DNA from: Bacillota bacterium
GTDB lineage: Bacteria > Bacillota > Sulfobacillia > UBA995
DNA length: 64,000 bases
Assembly (NCBI GenBank): GCA_035477115.1
Contig: DATIKW010000039.1
Location: forward strand, 19,405 to 83,404
Reading direction: 5' to 3'
Shown here: piece after piece, positions 20,969-31,982 of the stretch
Position numbering within the stretch: the first letter of the stretch is position 1
How the letters are laid out: each line of letters starts with the position of its first letter
Made by a program: the position numbers and the translations under genes
The notes under the pieces: generated by a model
The model's input: only the letters and a program-made list of their open reading frames with translations
The model's database searches: none
What the model was told of the DNA's origin: nothing

Positions 20969-21017
20969 GGGATCGACCATGACCGTGACCATGGCGGGTA
21001 CCCACTGAGGCATGCGA

Positions 21018-21476
21018 CTACGGTTTCTTGGCGGCTATGACCTCTTTCATCTCCGCCCCGGTCTTGACCGGGCGGTTCGCGTCCCGATATAGCTGTTCAA
21101 GCCGCTGGAGCGAGTGGATCTTGAGATCGGGATGCGGCGGGGGCGAGTATACCAGGATGAAGCTCGCAGTGCGGTCACTGGTGTTCTTGATTTCCACCCG
21201 CGGCCCAGGCTGCAGCGGTATCAGCATCGCCATACGCGGCAGCAGTTCATACTTCTTGCCGTCACGGGTGATGTCCAATCGACCTTCCAGCATGTAGATC
21301 GCCCGCTCCAAGAATTCTTTGCTCTCCGGCGTCGAACCGGTGGTGATACTCACGCCCGGCAGCAGGTAGCTCACGCTCATGCTGATGTTCTCGCCGAACA
21401 CGAGGGGTTGATACCAGTCGGGCTTATGGAAGAATCCGGGCATGTCATCTAGCTTGACGACCTGGAACTCCGCCAC
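21018..21476 (-). CDS. cupin-domain protein (cupin_2), paralog A
   Basis: 152 aa (MAEFQVVKLDDMPGFFHKPDWYQPLVFGEN...). About 90% identical to the gene at 21775..22233. Apparent GTG start behind GGAGGAGG. Confidence 0.7.
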   Translation of the reverse strand: MAEFQVVKLDDMPGFFHKPDWYQPLVFGENISMSVSYLLPGVSITTGSTPESKEFLERAIYMLEGRLDITRDGKKYELLPRMAMLIPLQPGPRVEIKNTSDRTASFILVYSPPPHPDLKIHSLQRLEQLYRDANRPVKTGAEMKEVIAAKKP

Positions 21477-21774
21477 CGCACATCCTCCTCCACGTGCAAG
21501 TTACCTGCCCCCCGCCTACGGGTGGACAGGGCTCTCGTGCGTCTTACCAGCTAACCATGGCGTAGTAAGTGGCATCCCTCCCCTATCCATTCGCGCCAAC
21601 GGTGTTCTTCGCCACCCGGCGATCTCCTCCTCGCGCCGGTGCGGGGGGGGGCGGGACCGCGGTTGGGAGTCCCGGGTTGCAGTCGATAGTCGTAGAAAGA
21701 GGGAAGCGGGGGACGCCTCCGTCGGTTGCCGGCGCCAGCACTCAATGCTACGGCAGAACCCGCGAGGTATGTGA

Positions 21775-22233
21775 CTATGGTTTCTTGGCGGCTATGACGT
21801 CTTTCATCTCCGCGCCAGTCTTGACCGGCCGATTGGCGTCCCGATACAGCTGTTCAAGCCGCTGGAGCGAATGGATCTTCAGGTCCGGGTGCGGCGGAGG
21901 CGAATACACGCGCACGAAGCTCGCCGTGCGGTCACCGGTGTTCTTGAGTTCCACCCGCGGCCCAGGTTGCAGCGGTATCAGCATTGCCATACGGGGGACC
22001 AGTTCATACTTCTTGCCGTCCCGGATCACGTCCAACCGACCTTCCAGCATATAAATCGCCGTTTCCAGGAACTCCGTACTCTCCGGCGTCGAACCGGTGG
22101 TGACACCCGCGCCCGGAAGCAGATAGGCCACGCTCATCCTGAGGTTCTCGCCGAAGAGCAGAGCTTGATACCAGTCGGGCTTATGAAAGAATCCGGGCAT
22201 ATCATCGAGCTTGACGACCTGGAACTCGGCCAT
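21775..22233 (-). CDS. cupin-domain protein (cupin_2), paralog B
   Basis: 152 aa, ATG start behind GGAGGAGG. Tandem duplicate of paralog A. Confidence 0.7.
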   Translation of the reverse strand: MAEFQVVKLDDMPGFFHKPDWYQALLFGENLRMSVAYLLPGAGVTTGSTPESTEFLETAIYMLEGRLDVIRDGKKYELVPRMAMLIPLQPGPRVELKNTGDRTASFVRVYSPPPHPDLKIHSLQRLEQLYRDANRPVKTGAEMKDVIAAKKP

Positions 22234-22457
22234 GGCGCATCCTCCTCCGCGTGTAGCTACTCGCGCTCGCCTATGGGTACGCAGGGCTAGCAGGCATTGT
22301 ACCTGCTAAGCAGCATATTTGAGTGGCATCCCTCCCCTAGCCATTCCCGCCGACGATGTTCTCCACAACCCTGCGATCTCCTCCTCGGGCTGGCACGACG
22401 GAGCCGGGGCCTCGGCCTCTCCCGGGTGGCGATCAGACGCGGTGAGTGGCGGGCTGC

Positions 22458-23612
22458 TCACTCGGAAGCGCAGTCAGACCGCTCGAACTCGATGGCGCGC
22501 GCACCATGAAACCGGGCCCACTCTTCCAAGGCGGAGGCGAAGCCACCGGGCACCTCCTGCCCCTCCCACCAGGGTCCCCTCACCACCAGCGCCCCTCGGC
22601 GCCGATCGAGGCGGGGCGCGAAACGACCGGCCAGGCGGTCGCCGTGCAGGATGGCCATCGCGTACGATCCATAGGTTCGCCGTTCCCTGGGCACGTATGC
22701 CTCCCAGCGATACTGAAAGTCGAAGAGTTCGGCCGCCCGTCGCCGGCAGATGATCAGGTTGTCCAGCGGGGGCAAGAACTTGACCCCGTCTCCCCCGCAG
22801 TCGCCCGGCGACCGCAGTTCGCTCTCCAGTTCGGCGGAGAGGTAATAGGGGTCAGCGAGGCTCCCCACAGCGACGGGGATGAGTTCGCCCGCGCCGACCA
22901 GCCGGGCGATGGTCTTCCGCCTTCCTCCGGGCGGTTGGCGGCTCCAGGCCAGATGGGGGTCGGTCGAGCTGGCCAGCCCGGCGGCCCGGAAGTACGCCCG
23001 AGCCAGGAAATCCGGGTCATCAGCGGCGCCGGCGCTGATGCCGGGCAAGACCCGCCCGGTCAAGTCGAAGAAGCGCAGGTTCCCGTGGCGGTGGTGGATG
23101 ACCAGCCGGCCGAAGTGCCATAGCCACTCCAGGGCTTGGCTGATGGCCCTGGTCCCTGCCTTCCCCTCCCGATCCCACCAGCCCTGCACCTTGTCCCGGG
23201 AGTCGAAGCAGCGCGAACTCATGGGGCCGCGAGCACCGATCGCCCGCTCGATCGCCTCGAACATGGGTTCGAAGTCCTTCAGACCCGGGCGGTAGCGCTG
23301 CTCCAACTCCCGGAATCGCGGGAGGAAGTGCGGGAACAGGACCGTGGGGACGATGCAGCGTACGGTGGTGACGGCTTCGATCAAACTGCGTTCGGCATAG
23401 AGCAGTCGATCGAGATGGGCCGGCGCATATCCGGCCACGCGGGCCTGCAGCACCAGGTGATGATTGCGCTCCACCACCTGAATGGGGTCGATCTGGACGT
23501 AGCCGAGACCGTCCACCGCCGCCCGCGCATCCGCCCACCGGGACTCGGCGGTGAGGCCATGCCGTCGCACGAGGAAAGCGCGAGCAGTCGCCGGTTCAAT
23601 CCGCAGCGGCAC
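22458..23612 (-). CDS. YcaQ-family (DUF1006) winged-helix DNA-binding protein, putative interstrand-crosslink DNA glycosylase
   Basis: Track ORF 22458..24905 trimmed to the GTG at 23612 (GGGAG upstream, 2 nt after the permease stop). VPLRIEPATARAFLVRRHGL...GYVQIDPIQVVERNHHLVLQARVAGY... is typical of YcaQ/AlkZ. Confidence 0.7.
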   Translation of the reverse strand: MPLRIEPATARAFLVRRHGLTAESRWADARAAVDGLGYVQIDPIQVVERNHHLVLQARVAGYAPAHLDRLLYAERSLIEAVTTVRCIVPTVLFPHFLPRFRELEQRYRPGLKDFEPMFEAIERAIGARGPMSSRCFDSRDKVQGWWDREGKAGTRAISQALEWLWHFGRLVIHHRHGNLRFFDLTGRVLPGISAGAADDPDFLARAYFRAAGLASSTDPHLAWSRQPPGGRRKTIARLVGAGELIPVAVGSLADPYYLSAELESELRSPGDCGGDGVKFLPPLDNLIICRRRAAELFDFQYRWEAYVPRERRTYGSYAMAILHGDRLAGRFAPRLDRRRGALVVRGPWWEGQEVPGGFASALEEWARFHGARAIEFERSDCASE

Positions 23613-23614
23613 GC

Positions 23615-25293
23615 TCAACTCCCGCGCGCGGGTTCGCCGGCATCGATCAAGGCGCCGGCCAAGAGGGCAGGCAGCGCCACCCCGCCCATGCCGAAGACCG
23701 CGAGCAATACCAGGCCGAGGGCGCGTCCCCAGCCGGGGATGTCCAAGGGGGCGGTGGCCAGGATGGCTGCGCCCCCCAGCAGTCCCAGGTATACGAGGGG
23801 CAGGACGAACCCGGCCAGCAGGGACCATCCCGACATGACCTGTTGGGTTTGCTCGCTGCTGTACCGGCTGAGCCCCACTCGGCTGAACAGGGCCCCGGCC
23901 GCGAGGGTCAGCGCCACCATCCCCGGCGTCGCGAAGACCACCGCCCCGGCCAGCGCAAGATAGTCCCATCCCCGGGCCTGCATCACCAGGCCGGTGGCGG
24001 GTACCAGCAGTATCCCGGGAGCGATGGCCAGGACCGAGGCGCCGAGGACCTTGCCCCCCACGATGTCCAGGCCGGCCAGGGGCGCGCTGCGCATCAGCAC
24101 CCAGGCTTGCCCCTCGCCGAACAGCATCCTCGTACCCATCTGAGAGGCGAGGAAGGCGTGGACCAAGCACAGTATGCCCATCGTCAGATACAGGCGAAGC
24201 GGGCCCTCCCGCCATCCGCCGGCCCCGCCGCCGGCCATGGCCGCCGGCAGGATCATCCCGATCACGACGAAGATGATCAAGTGAAAAGAGCCTGCCCAGT
24301 TCTGGGGATCGCGCACAAATATCCGCATCTCCTTGAGGGCGATGGCGAGCACCGGCGAGCGCCGGGGAAGAGGCCCGGCCGGAGCCCGGACCGCCCGGCG
24401 GCGCCTCCGCCTCCATACCTCGCCGCTGCCTGCCCATCCCCCGTAAAACGCCTCGCGAACCAGCCCGAAAGCGGCGACCAGGACGAGCAGGGATGCGGCG
24501 GTGGCCAGTGACGACCAGCCCAAAGCGACGCCCGCGTGACCCCGGGCCGCGGCGTAGGTGGCTCGTGCCAGCCACCAGGCAGGGGACAACTCGGCTTCCG
24601 ACAGCCGGAGTACCCCGATGGCCTCGGCCAAGCGCCCGGGGTCCATCCGGCCCGCGAAACGGGCGCCTAGCTGGGTCGCCGCATAGGTGATCGAAGCGAA
24701 GAGCATGCCGATGAAGCCGCCGATTTCTCGTACGCGATGGGCGGGTATCAAGCGCAGGGCAAGCAGGTTCAACAGCATGCCAACGGCCACCGGCAAGAAT
24801 ATCGTCAGCGTGCTCAGGTAGAGGACGGCTGGATAGAAGGTCCAGGATGCTCCGTAGCCGGCGCCGAAGCCGATGGTCACGGGCAGCACGAGCAATAGCA
24901 CCCACAGGCTCTGCGGCACCATCACTTCCAGCAGTTTAAGACTGAACACCTGGTTGACGGTGAGGGGGGCCACGAACAGCCTTGCCAGGTCGGAGGACGA
25001 GTACATGACCAGGAAAGCGGCGCCCACGGCGCTGAAAAGGCAGGCTACCAGTCCGATCAGGTAGATGCCGGCCAGAAGGGGCAGCGTCATGCCGGCCATG
25101 CGCTCCGCGAGGTCGGAGGGGGCGCCGGGCATGCCCGCCGCCATCCAGGCGAAAAGCTCGTATGCCCCATAGGTGAGCAAGGACGCCCAGCCGAGGGCCG
25201 CCAGCCCGCCGAGGGAGCCCAGGACGGCGGCCAACCAGGGTCTCCGGGTGTAACCGCGCCAGAGGAGGCGGAGTTTCCAGACGGCCAGGCGGA

Positions 25294-25297
<4 letters not shown>
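23615..25297 (-). CDS. ABC-exporter permease (12-TM), paralog 2
   Basis: Trimmed to the GTG at 25297, which overlaps the ATPase TGA (GTGA). Hydrophobic throughout; same family as 17009..18682. Confidence 0.75.
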
Positions 25298-26064
<767 letters not shown>

Positions 26065-26218
26065 CCGGCGCCGACCCCCTGGCGTCCTGCCCTATCCGGC
26101 AGGGATATGGGTCGACATTCGACGCCGCCCGGTGGTATCCTCGCTCGCCGCCCGCCAAACACGAAGCGAGGGCGGCCAGCCCCCCTGAGCAGCCGGCCGC
26201 CCCTGCTTGCCGATCAGC

Positions 26219-29200
26219 TTACGGGTCTACCACGATCACCCCAGGACCAGCCACTACTCGTGCCCCGTGCTGAGCATCGGTCACCGTCCCGCTCAAGGGG
26301 TAGGGTCCTGGCTCGACGGTTGCCGCGACCCGAACCCGATAGGTCACCTCGATAGTCTCCCCGGGGGAGAACCGGGAAGTGCCGGTACGGTTCCAGGTCC
26401 ACCCGGCGTGGCCGTCGTAATCTCGACCGACCACCGGCGGGCTGGACTTCCAGCGCACGACCGAGAATCCCGCGGGCAGGATCTCCCGCAACGTCACCGA
26501 TGGCGCGGTGGTCGGCGCGTCGAACTTCACCGTTATCTCCACCTCGCCGCCCCGGCGGACGCGCACGGCGTCCGTTGACCGCGCGGGGAGCACCATCGAA
26601 CTCCGCCCGGCCACGACGCCCGAGTATGGGCCGGAGTCGGCGGTCATCCTCAGCGTATAGCTCCCGGGCAACACGGTTCCCGGGTCGATGACGAACGGGA
26701 ATGGCCGCTGCCCCCACTCCACGCTCCCGGCCCGAACGTCGCGCCCGTAGGGCTCGTCGCGCCCGGCGGGCTCGAAGAGCCGCAAGAGCGGCCGGTGGAG
26801 CGTGCCTTCCGCCGTCAACGGCAGCTCGAGGCTCAGCCACCGCGGCTCGAGCCGAAGCGGGCCGGCCGCCTGGCCGAACGGGATTACGGCCGTCTGCGCG
26901 ATGGACTGCAGGGTCCGGCCGCCGGCGTCGCGGACGGCCCAGTCGAGCGTGATGTTGGGCGCCGCCTGGCCCCGGATGTCGGCCAAGATGACGGACAGAC
27001 GCCCGCCCAGCTCGTACTCGAATCCGTCGCCTACATTGAAGGTCTCCACCGTCGTCAGGTAATCCCAGACGCTGTCCAGATTGTCGATGGTGGTGCGGCT
27101 GACGATCATCGTGGGCTGCTTCGCGATCACGACTCTCCCCGGCCGGAAACCGAACCCGAACGGCAACGTATCCGCGCTGGCCAGGAAGGTCCAGGCGGTA
27201 TGCCGCCGGTGGACGGGAGTGAAGTCGATTTCGGCCGCCACGTGCGTCGCGGGCACCGGCACGAAGCTCAAGGCGATGTCATCGTCGACCATCACCGCCC
27301 GGGTGAGCAGGTAGGCGCGCCCATCGGCCGCCTCGGGATGGAGCAACACCACGGTGAACTGGTCGATGGAAGTGATAGCCTCGAAGACCAGTCGCCCGGC
27401 CGCATCGGTCATCCCCCGGTCGATCACTGCGCCCCCCCTGACCAGCAGGACGTGCGCTCCGGCCAGCGGCTGCGGCGGCAATCCGGGAGTGCCCGGCCGG
27501 CCGCCCCGCCCGGGGATGGGCTCGCGAATCATGGTCTGCGCTTCCACCGTGACCCGGGGCGGACGGACCCGGAACGTCCCGTGGAGGTGTGCCACCCGCA
27601 CGCGATGGATTCCCAGGGCGACGGGCGCGGTCAGGGTGAAGCTGACCTGAGTTGCCTGGCCGCTCTCCAGGGTGACGGTCTGGCTATCCACCGCGACGTC
27701 GTTGAGCAGCAACTCCACGACGTGCGGGCCGGCGAGATTGCCGATGTTCTTCACCGAGACCGAGATGTTGACCGGCCGGCCGTGCAGCGTCTCCTCGGGA
27801 CTGATGGCCAGATCCCAGAAGGCGAAGCGCGGCCCTTCGACCGGGCGGCCCGCCCAGGTCAGGGCGTTGCGCATGATCTGCAGCGAGGCGGGGCTCATCC
27901 AGCCCGGCCGGGACCACAGCGACGAACCGTGCATGGAGAGGAGCACGTGCCGGTTGCCCGGGGTCTGGCGGACGGCGATGCCATGACCGCGGACGCCGAT
28001 CCCGGGACGCGGGTCGTACACCTCCGCCAGGATCTGCACCCCTTCGCCGGTGAACCCGGTGAACCAGGCGTGATCATGGTCCGCCGAGCCCGGATCGTGC
28101 AAGATGTCCTCGCCCACCATGTGGCCTGCCAGCACCGGGTGCTCGGCGACCACCCGGTAGAACATGTTGGGTATGGCGCTGGACCAGCCGGTCCCTCGCC
28201 CGGTCGGATTGCGGGTGTAGGTCCACAGCGCCCAGATGCCGTTGCCGGCGGTGCTCCAGGTGTCGAGGAAGATGACTCCCGTGCCCGCAGCCTGGGTCGC
28301 GGCGAGGAAGGCGTGGAAAGCGGGACTGGTCCACGCGCCCGGCCGGTTGTAGATGATCGCCCCCCACTCCGCCACGTCGCCCAGGTTGGCGAAGGTCCTC
28401 AGCGTCGCATCCCAGCCGTCCGCGCGCAACCAGTTGAGCCAGTCGAGCGCCGCGGTGTCGCCGAGCAGGGCAACCCGCCCCTTCGCCACCAGGGTGAAGT
28501 TCAAGATGACCTGCACATCCGCCTCAACGACCGCGGTCGCGATGGCTTCGGGCAAGCCCTGGCCGCTCACCCGTAATGTATACTCGCCGGGCGGCAAGGT
28601 CATGGCGTACTGGCCCTGCGCATCGGTCAGGGCGAGTATCCGCTCCGGCGCTCCCACCGTCTCGACCGTCATGCCCGGCACGGGATGGGTGACCCCGCCC
28701 GAAGTGAAGTTCACCACGCCGGCGAGCGTACCCCGGGGCCCGATCGCCAGGTCGGCATCGACCGCGGTGAACTGCCCTTCGGCGACGGCCACTCCGGGGA
28801 CGACCTCGGTCACGTATCCCCACCGGCTGAACTGAACGTCATAGGTCGCGGGCGCAAGGCGGATCTCATAACGACCGTCGAGGCCGGTCAGCACCTTCCG
28901 CCCGCCCGCCTCAACCCTGACTCCCGGCAGCGGCAACCCCGTGCCTGCCGCGGTTACCGTGCCCCGTATGCCGCTGTCCAAAGCTACCAGCTCGACGGCG
29001 GCCAGGGCATCGATCCTGCCCCAGCCGAACCGCGTGTTCGGCCGTGCGGGTCCGTGCCTGTCATCCCAGAACGAGGTCTCCCGCAGCACCCCGAGGACTT
29101 CCGTCACCGTCAGCGTGGGATCCGCCGACAGCATCAGCGCGACCGTCCCCGCGACGTGGGGGGCGGCCATGGAGGTCCCGCTGCCCGTGAAATAACCGCC

Positions 29201-30460
29201 GCCGGGATGCGCCGACAGGACGTCGACTCCGGGAGCGGAGATGTCGGGTTTCACCCAGGTATCCGGCCATTCCGGAGGTGGGTCGATCCAGGCCGTCCTG
29301 GACACTACGGCACCGCTGGACCAGGTAGCCACGTTGTCGTTGATGTCGGTGGCTCCCACGCCCACCGCCTCGAAGACATTGCCGGGGCTGCCGGTCAAGC
29401 CGTCGCCGGCATTGCCGATGGAGATGGCGGGGAAGATGCCGGCGAAGAACAGGTTGCGGACCGGCGTGATCATCACCGAATGGTGACCGGTCGCGCCCAG
29501 GGACATGTTAACGATATCCGCCGGGCGTCCGGCCGGGTTACCGAAGCGATCTACCGGCGCTATCGCCCATTGCATGCCGGCCGCAACTTGCGCGAAGGTC
29601 CCGCCGCCGCCCGGGATCACCAGCCCGTGCATGTGGCGGGCGGCGGGCGCCACGCCGATGGCCGTGCCCCCGGCCGCTCCCCCCAGCACCGTCCCGGTGA
29701 CGTGCGTGCCGTGGGTGGACGTGTCGTGGGGAAAGGAGGATACCCGGTTGCCGGCACCGTCGAACTCCATCCAGCCGCCGGGGAAGTGCGGGTCGGCCGG
29801 GTTATCCGTGGCCATCTTCCCGGCCAAGTCGGGGTGGGTGATGGCGACCCCGGTATCCAGCACCGCCACCAGCGCCCCTTCACCCCGGATGCCCATTCCC
29901 CAGGCGCCCGGAGCCCGGATCCGCTCAAGGCCCCAGGTGACGGCAGTCGGGGGGACGGCCGCGGCCGCCGGGGCCGGTTCCGGGGCCGACACGGTGAAGT
30001 TGGGGAGGATCTGGGCGACCGCCTCGAAGCCGGTCAACTCCCCAATCAGCTGCGGCGTACCTCGCATCAGGATCAGGTTGGCGATCCAGAAAGTGTTCAG
30101 CACCTCGCCGCCCTCGGCCTCAATGTAACGGAGGATAGGGCTCTGGCTGGCCGCAGCCGTCTCCTGCAGGGCGGCCACGACCGCCGAAGTATTGAACTTG
30201 ATGGCTTGAAGGTCGGGAGCCACGGATAGCCACACTAGTGCCGTCACCTGCTGATCGGCAACGGCGATGGCGACTTCCGCCCGCTCGATCTGCGCCCGCA
30301 GATCGGGGTGAATGATCTCCGGTCGCGGATCACCCGGTCTCAGGAGACCGGGATCCGCCGGTTCTTCGGCGAAAACCCCGCGCGGCAAGCCGGTTCCCGC
30401 GAGCAGCACCAGGACCGTTAGCAGACCTAACACCCGTACCCAGGAACCTCGGACCGCCAC
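26219..30460 (-). CDS. secreted S8 subtilisin-family serine peptidase, 1413 aa, with an inhibitor-I9-like propeptide, two carboxypeptidase-regulatory-like beta domains and a long C-terminal extension
   Basis: Signal peptide MAVRGSWVRVLGLLTVLVLLAGTG. Catalytic triad motifs VLDTGV (Asp), HGTHVTGT (His), GTSMAAPHVAG (Ser). Apparent GTG start behind GGGGAGGG. Confidence 0.85.
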   Translation of the reverse strand: MAVRGSWVRVLGLLTVLVLLAGTGLPRGVFAEEPADPGLLRPGDPRPEIIHPDLRAQIERAEVAIAVADQQVTALVWLSVAPDLQAIKFNTSAVVAALQETAAASQSPILRYIEAEGGEVLNTFWIANLILMRGTPQLIGELTGFEAVAQILPNFTVSAPEPAPAAAAVPPTAVTWGLERIRAPGAWGMGIRGEGALVAVLDTGVAITHPDLAGKMATDNPADPHFPGGWMEFDGAGNRVSSFPHDTSTHGTHVTGTVLGGAAGGTAIGVAPAARHMHGLVIPGGGGTFAQVAAGMQWAIAPVDRFGNPAGRPADIVNMSLGATGHHSVMITPVRNLFFAGIFPAISIGNAGDGLTGSPGNVFEAVGVGATDINDNVATWSSGAVVSRTAWIDPPPEWPDTWVKPDISAPGVDVLSAHPGGGYFTGSGTSMAAPHVAGTVALMLSADPTLTVTEVLGVLRETSFWDDRHGPARPNTRFGWGRIDALAAVELVALDSGIRGTVTAAGTGLPLPGVRVEAGGRKVLTGLDGRYEIRLAPATYDVQFSRWGYVTEVVPGVAVAEGQFTAVDADLAIGPRGTLAGVVNFTSGGVTHPVPGMTVETVGAPERILALTDAQGQYAMTLPPGEYTLRVSGQGLPEAIATAVVEADVQVILNFTLVAKGRVALLGDTAALDWLNWLRADGWDATLRTFANLGDVAEWGAIIYNRPGAWTSPAFHAFLAATQAAGTGVIFLDTWSTAGNGIWALWTYTRNPTGRGTGWSSAIPNMFYRVVAEHPVLAGHMVGEDILHDPGSADHDHAWFTGFTGEGVQILAEVYDPRPGIGVRGHGIAVRQTPGNRHVLLSMHGSSLWSRPGWMSPASLQIMRNALTWAGRPVEGPRFAFWDLAISPEETLHGRPVNISVSVKNIGNLAGPHVVELLLNDVAVDSQTVTLESGQATQVSFTLTAPVALGIHRVRVAHLHGTFRVRPPRVTVEAQTMIREPIPGRGGRPGTPGLPPQPLAGAHVLLVRGGAVIDRGMTDAAGRLVFEAITSIDQFTVVLLHPEAADGRAYLLTRAVMVDDDIALSFVPVPATHVAAEIDFTPVHRRHTAWTFLASADTLPFGFGFRPGRVVIAKQPTMIVSRTTIDNLDSVWDYLTTVETFNVGDGFEYELGGRLSVILADIRGQAAPNITLDWAVRDAGGRTLQSIAQTAVIPFGQAAGPLRLEPRWLSLELPLTAEGTLHRPLLRLFEPAGRDEPYGRDVRAGSVEWGQRPFPFVIDPGTVLPGSYTLRMTADSGPYSGVVAGRSSMVLPARSTDAVRVRRGGEVEITVKFDAPTTAPSVTLREILPAGFSVVRWKSSPPVVGRDYDGHAGWTWNRTGTSRFSPGETIEVTYRVRVAATVEPGPYPLSGTVTDAQHGARVVAGPGVIVVDP

Positions 30461-30723
30461 CTGGCATCCCTCCCCTTGGTGATTGCGATACTAATCCGAA
30501 AACGCCACGCGCTACCGGGAATGGTGATTCGTCCCATGGCCGATACTTCCTCCTCGCCCGCGATCGAAAATCGGACCCATTCCCCGGCTCGCATCGGTGC
30601 CCCGTCCACCGCCAAAATGCGGTCGCGGGGGTTACGGCCGCGGGATGGTCGTGGCCGCCCTCTCCGCCGCGGCAGGGGTTGGCTTCCCTGGGCCGAATCT
30701 TGAGCACTCAGAGGAGGCGGCGC

Positions 30724-31437
30724 ATGCCCTTCAGATCTGGCAACCCTTCCGCGATCGCCGTCCTGCTCGCCGCCCTGGGGGTGGGCCTGTCCGGGGCGCT
30801 GATGCCGGGGCCGCTCACCGTGGTGGTGCTACATCAGGCCATGCGCCTGGGAACCGCGGCCGGCTTGCTGGCCGGATCGGCTCACGCGCTGCTGGAGTTC
30901 TTCATGGTGTTGGCGCTCGGAGTCGGCCTGGGCCGGCTGCTGAACCGTCCGGCGGTGGCCGGCGGCGTGGCCCTGGCGGGAGGTCTGGCCATGTTGGCCA
31001 TATCCTGGCAGATGGTGATGGCACCACCGCCCTTGCCTCCGGCGGTCCAGCCGGGGCCGGGCCTCATCCCCTCGGGGGCGCTGCTGGGAGGCGCCGTCGC
31101 CACCCTCGGCAATCCGTACTGGTTCGTGTGGTGGGCCACCGTCGGCGCTTCCCAGATCGCCTGGGCCGGCCGGCGGCATCGCCTGATCTTCTGGCTCGGG
31201 CACATCACGGCCGACCTGGCCTGGTTGACGGTGTTGGCCGTCGCCGTCAGCCGCGGCCGCAATCTGCTGGGCGGCCCCGCGTATTCGCTCCTGTTGCAGG
31301 GACTGGGGGCGGCGGTCGCCGTCCTCGGGCTGTACTTCGTCCTCAGCGCGCGCCGGCTGGCTCGAGGAAGGGGACCCACCGGCAATCCGACCCGGAAGGA
31401 ATCGACGGGGCAGCGTGGAAGGAAACTGGGCAGGTGA
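30724..31437 (+). CDS. LysE/RhtB-family amino-acid exporter
   Basis: Six hydrophobic helices (AIAVLLAALGVGLSGALMPGPLTVVVL...). ATG at 30724 behind GAGGAGG; the track ORF begins upstream at 30679. Confidence 0.75.
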   Translation: MPFRSGNPSAIAVLLAALGVGLSGALMPGPLTVVVLHQAMRLGTAAGLLAGSAHALLEFFMVLALGVGLGRLLNRPAVAGGVALAGGLAMLAISWQMVMAPPPLPPAVQPGPGLIPSGALLGGAVATLGNPYWFVWWATVGASQIAWAGRRHRLIFWLGHITADLAWLTVLAVAVSRGRNLLGGPAYSLLLQGLGAAVAVLGLYFVLSARRLARGRGPTGNPTRKESTGQRGRKLGR

Positions 31438-31514
31438 GGCGGGAGGCTCGCCGCCGGGGTGGGGCGGGCGGCGGTCCTCGCGGTGACAACACTTCGCGAA
31501 GGAGGCGGAATGGC

Positions 31515-31982
31515 ATGAAGGGCGATCCCAAGCTCATCAAGGTCTTGAATTCGCTGCTGGCCGATGAATTGACTGCCATCAATCAGTACATGGTCCACTC
31601 GGAGATGTGCGCCAACTGGGGCTACGGCAAGCTGCATGAGCGGATCGAGAAGCGCGCGATCGTGGAGATGAAGCACGCGGAGAAACTGATTGCCCGGATA
31701 CTCTTCCTTGAGGGTACCCCTGTCGTGAGCGATTTGAAGGAGATCAACATCGGGGCCGAGATACCCAAGCAACTCGCTTTCGACCTGGCCGCGGAGAAGG
31801 GCGCGGTGGCGGCGTACAACGCTGCCATCCTGGTGGCCGGTGAGGCCAGGGACTTCGCGACGCGGGAGCTGCTCGAACACATCCTCACCGATGAAGACGA
31901 ACATGTCGATGAGATCGAGGCATTGCAGGATCAGATAGGGCACATGACCTTGCCCATCTTCCTGACCACCCAGATCGAGTAA
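31515..31982 (+). CDS. bfr: bacterioferritin
   Basis: MKGDPKLIKVLNSLLADELTAINQYMVHSEMCANWGY...EMKHAEKLIARILFLEG, 155 aa, with ferroxidase-centre Glu/His residues and the Met52 haem ligand context. Start trimmed from the 30597 track ORF. Confidence 0.85.
   Translation: MKGDPKLIKVLNSLLADELTAINQYMVHSEMCANWGYGKLHERIEKRAIVEMKHAEKLIARILFLEGTPVVSDLKEINIGAEIPKQLAFDLAAEKGAVAAYNAAILVAGEARDFATRELLEHILTDEDEHVDEIEALQDQIGHMTLPIFLTTQIE

Larger units (their letters stand above)
21006..22520 (-). repeat. tandem direct duplication, two units of roughly 757 bp, each = cupin gene + about 300 bp of 5' leader
   Basis: Both unit junctions begin ...ACTA(C/T)GGTTTCTTGGCGGCTATGAC(C/G)TCTTTCATCTCC. The leaders share a conserved block ending AGTGGCATCCCTCCCCTA(T/G)CCATTC(G/C)CGCC(A/G)ACG(G/A)TGTTCT...GCGATCTCCTCCTCG about 90-170 nt upstream of each start. 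Confidence 0.7.

Noticed and set aside
22458-24905. 815-aa track ORF, and similar over-long ORFs (53330..55030, 52308..53666, 59108..59965, 30597..31982, 44155..45486, 8579..11236)
   Set aside because: The N-terminal portions overlap the neighbouring gene in another frame and translate to Arg/Gly/Pro-rich junk. They were trimmed to internal starts with Shine-Dalgarno-like sequences, usually forming 4-bp start/stop overlaps.
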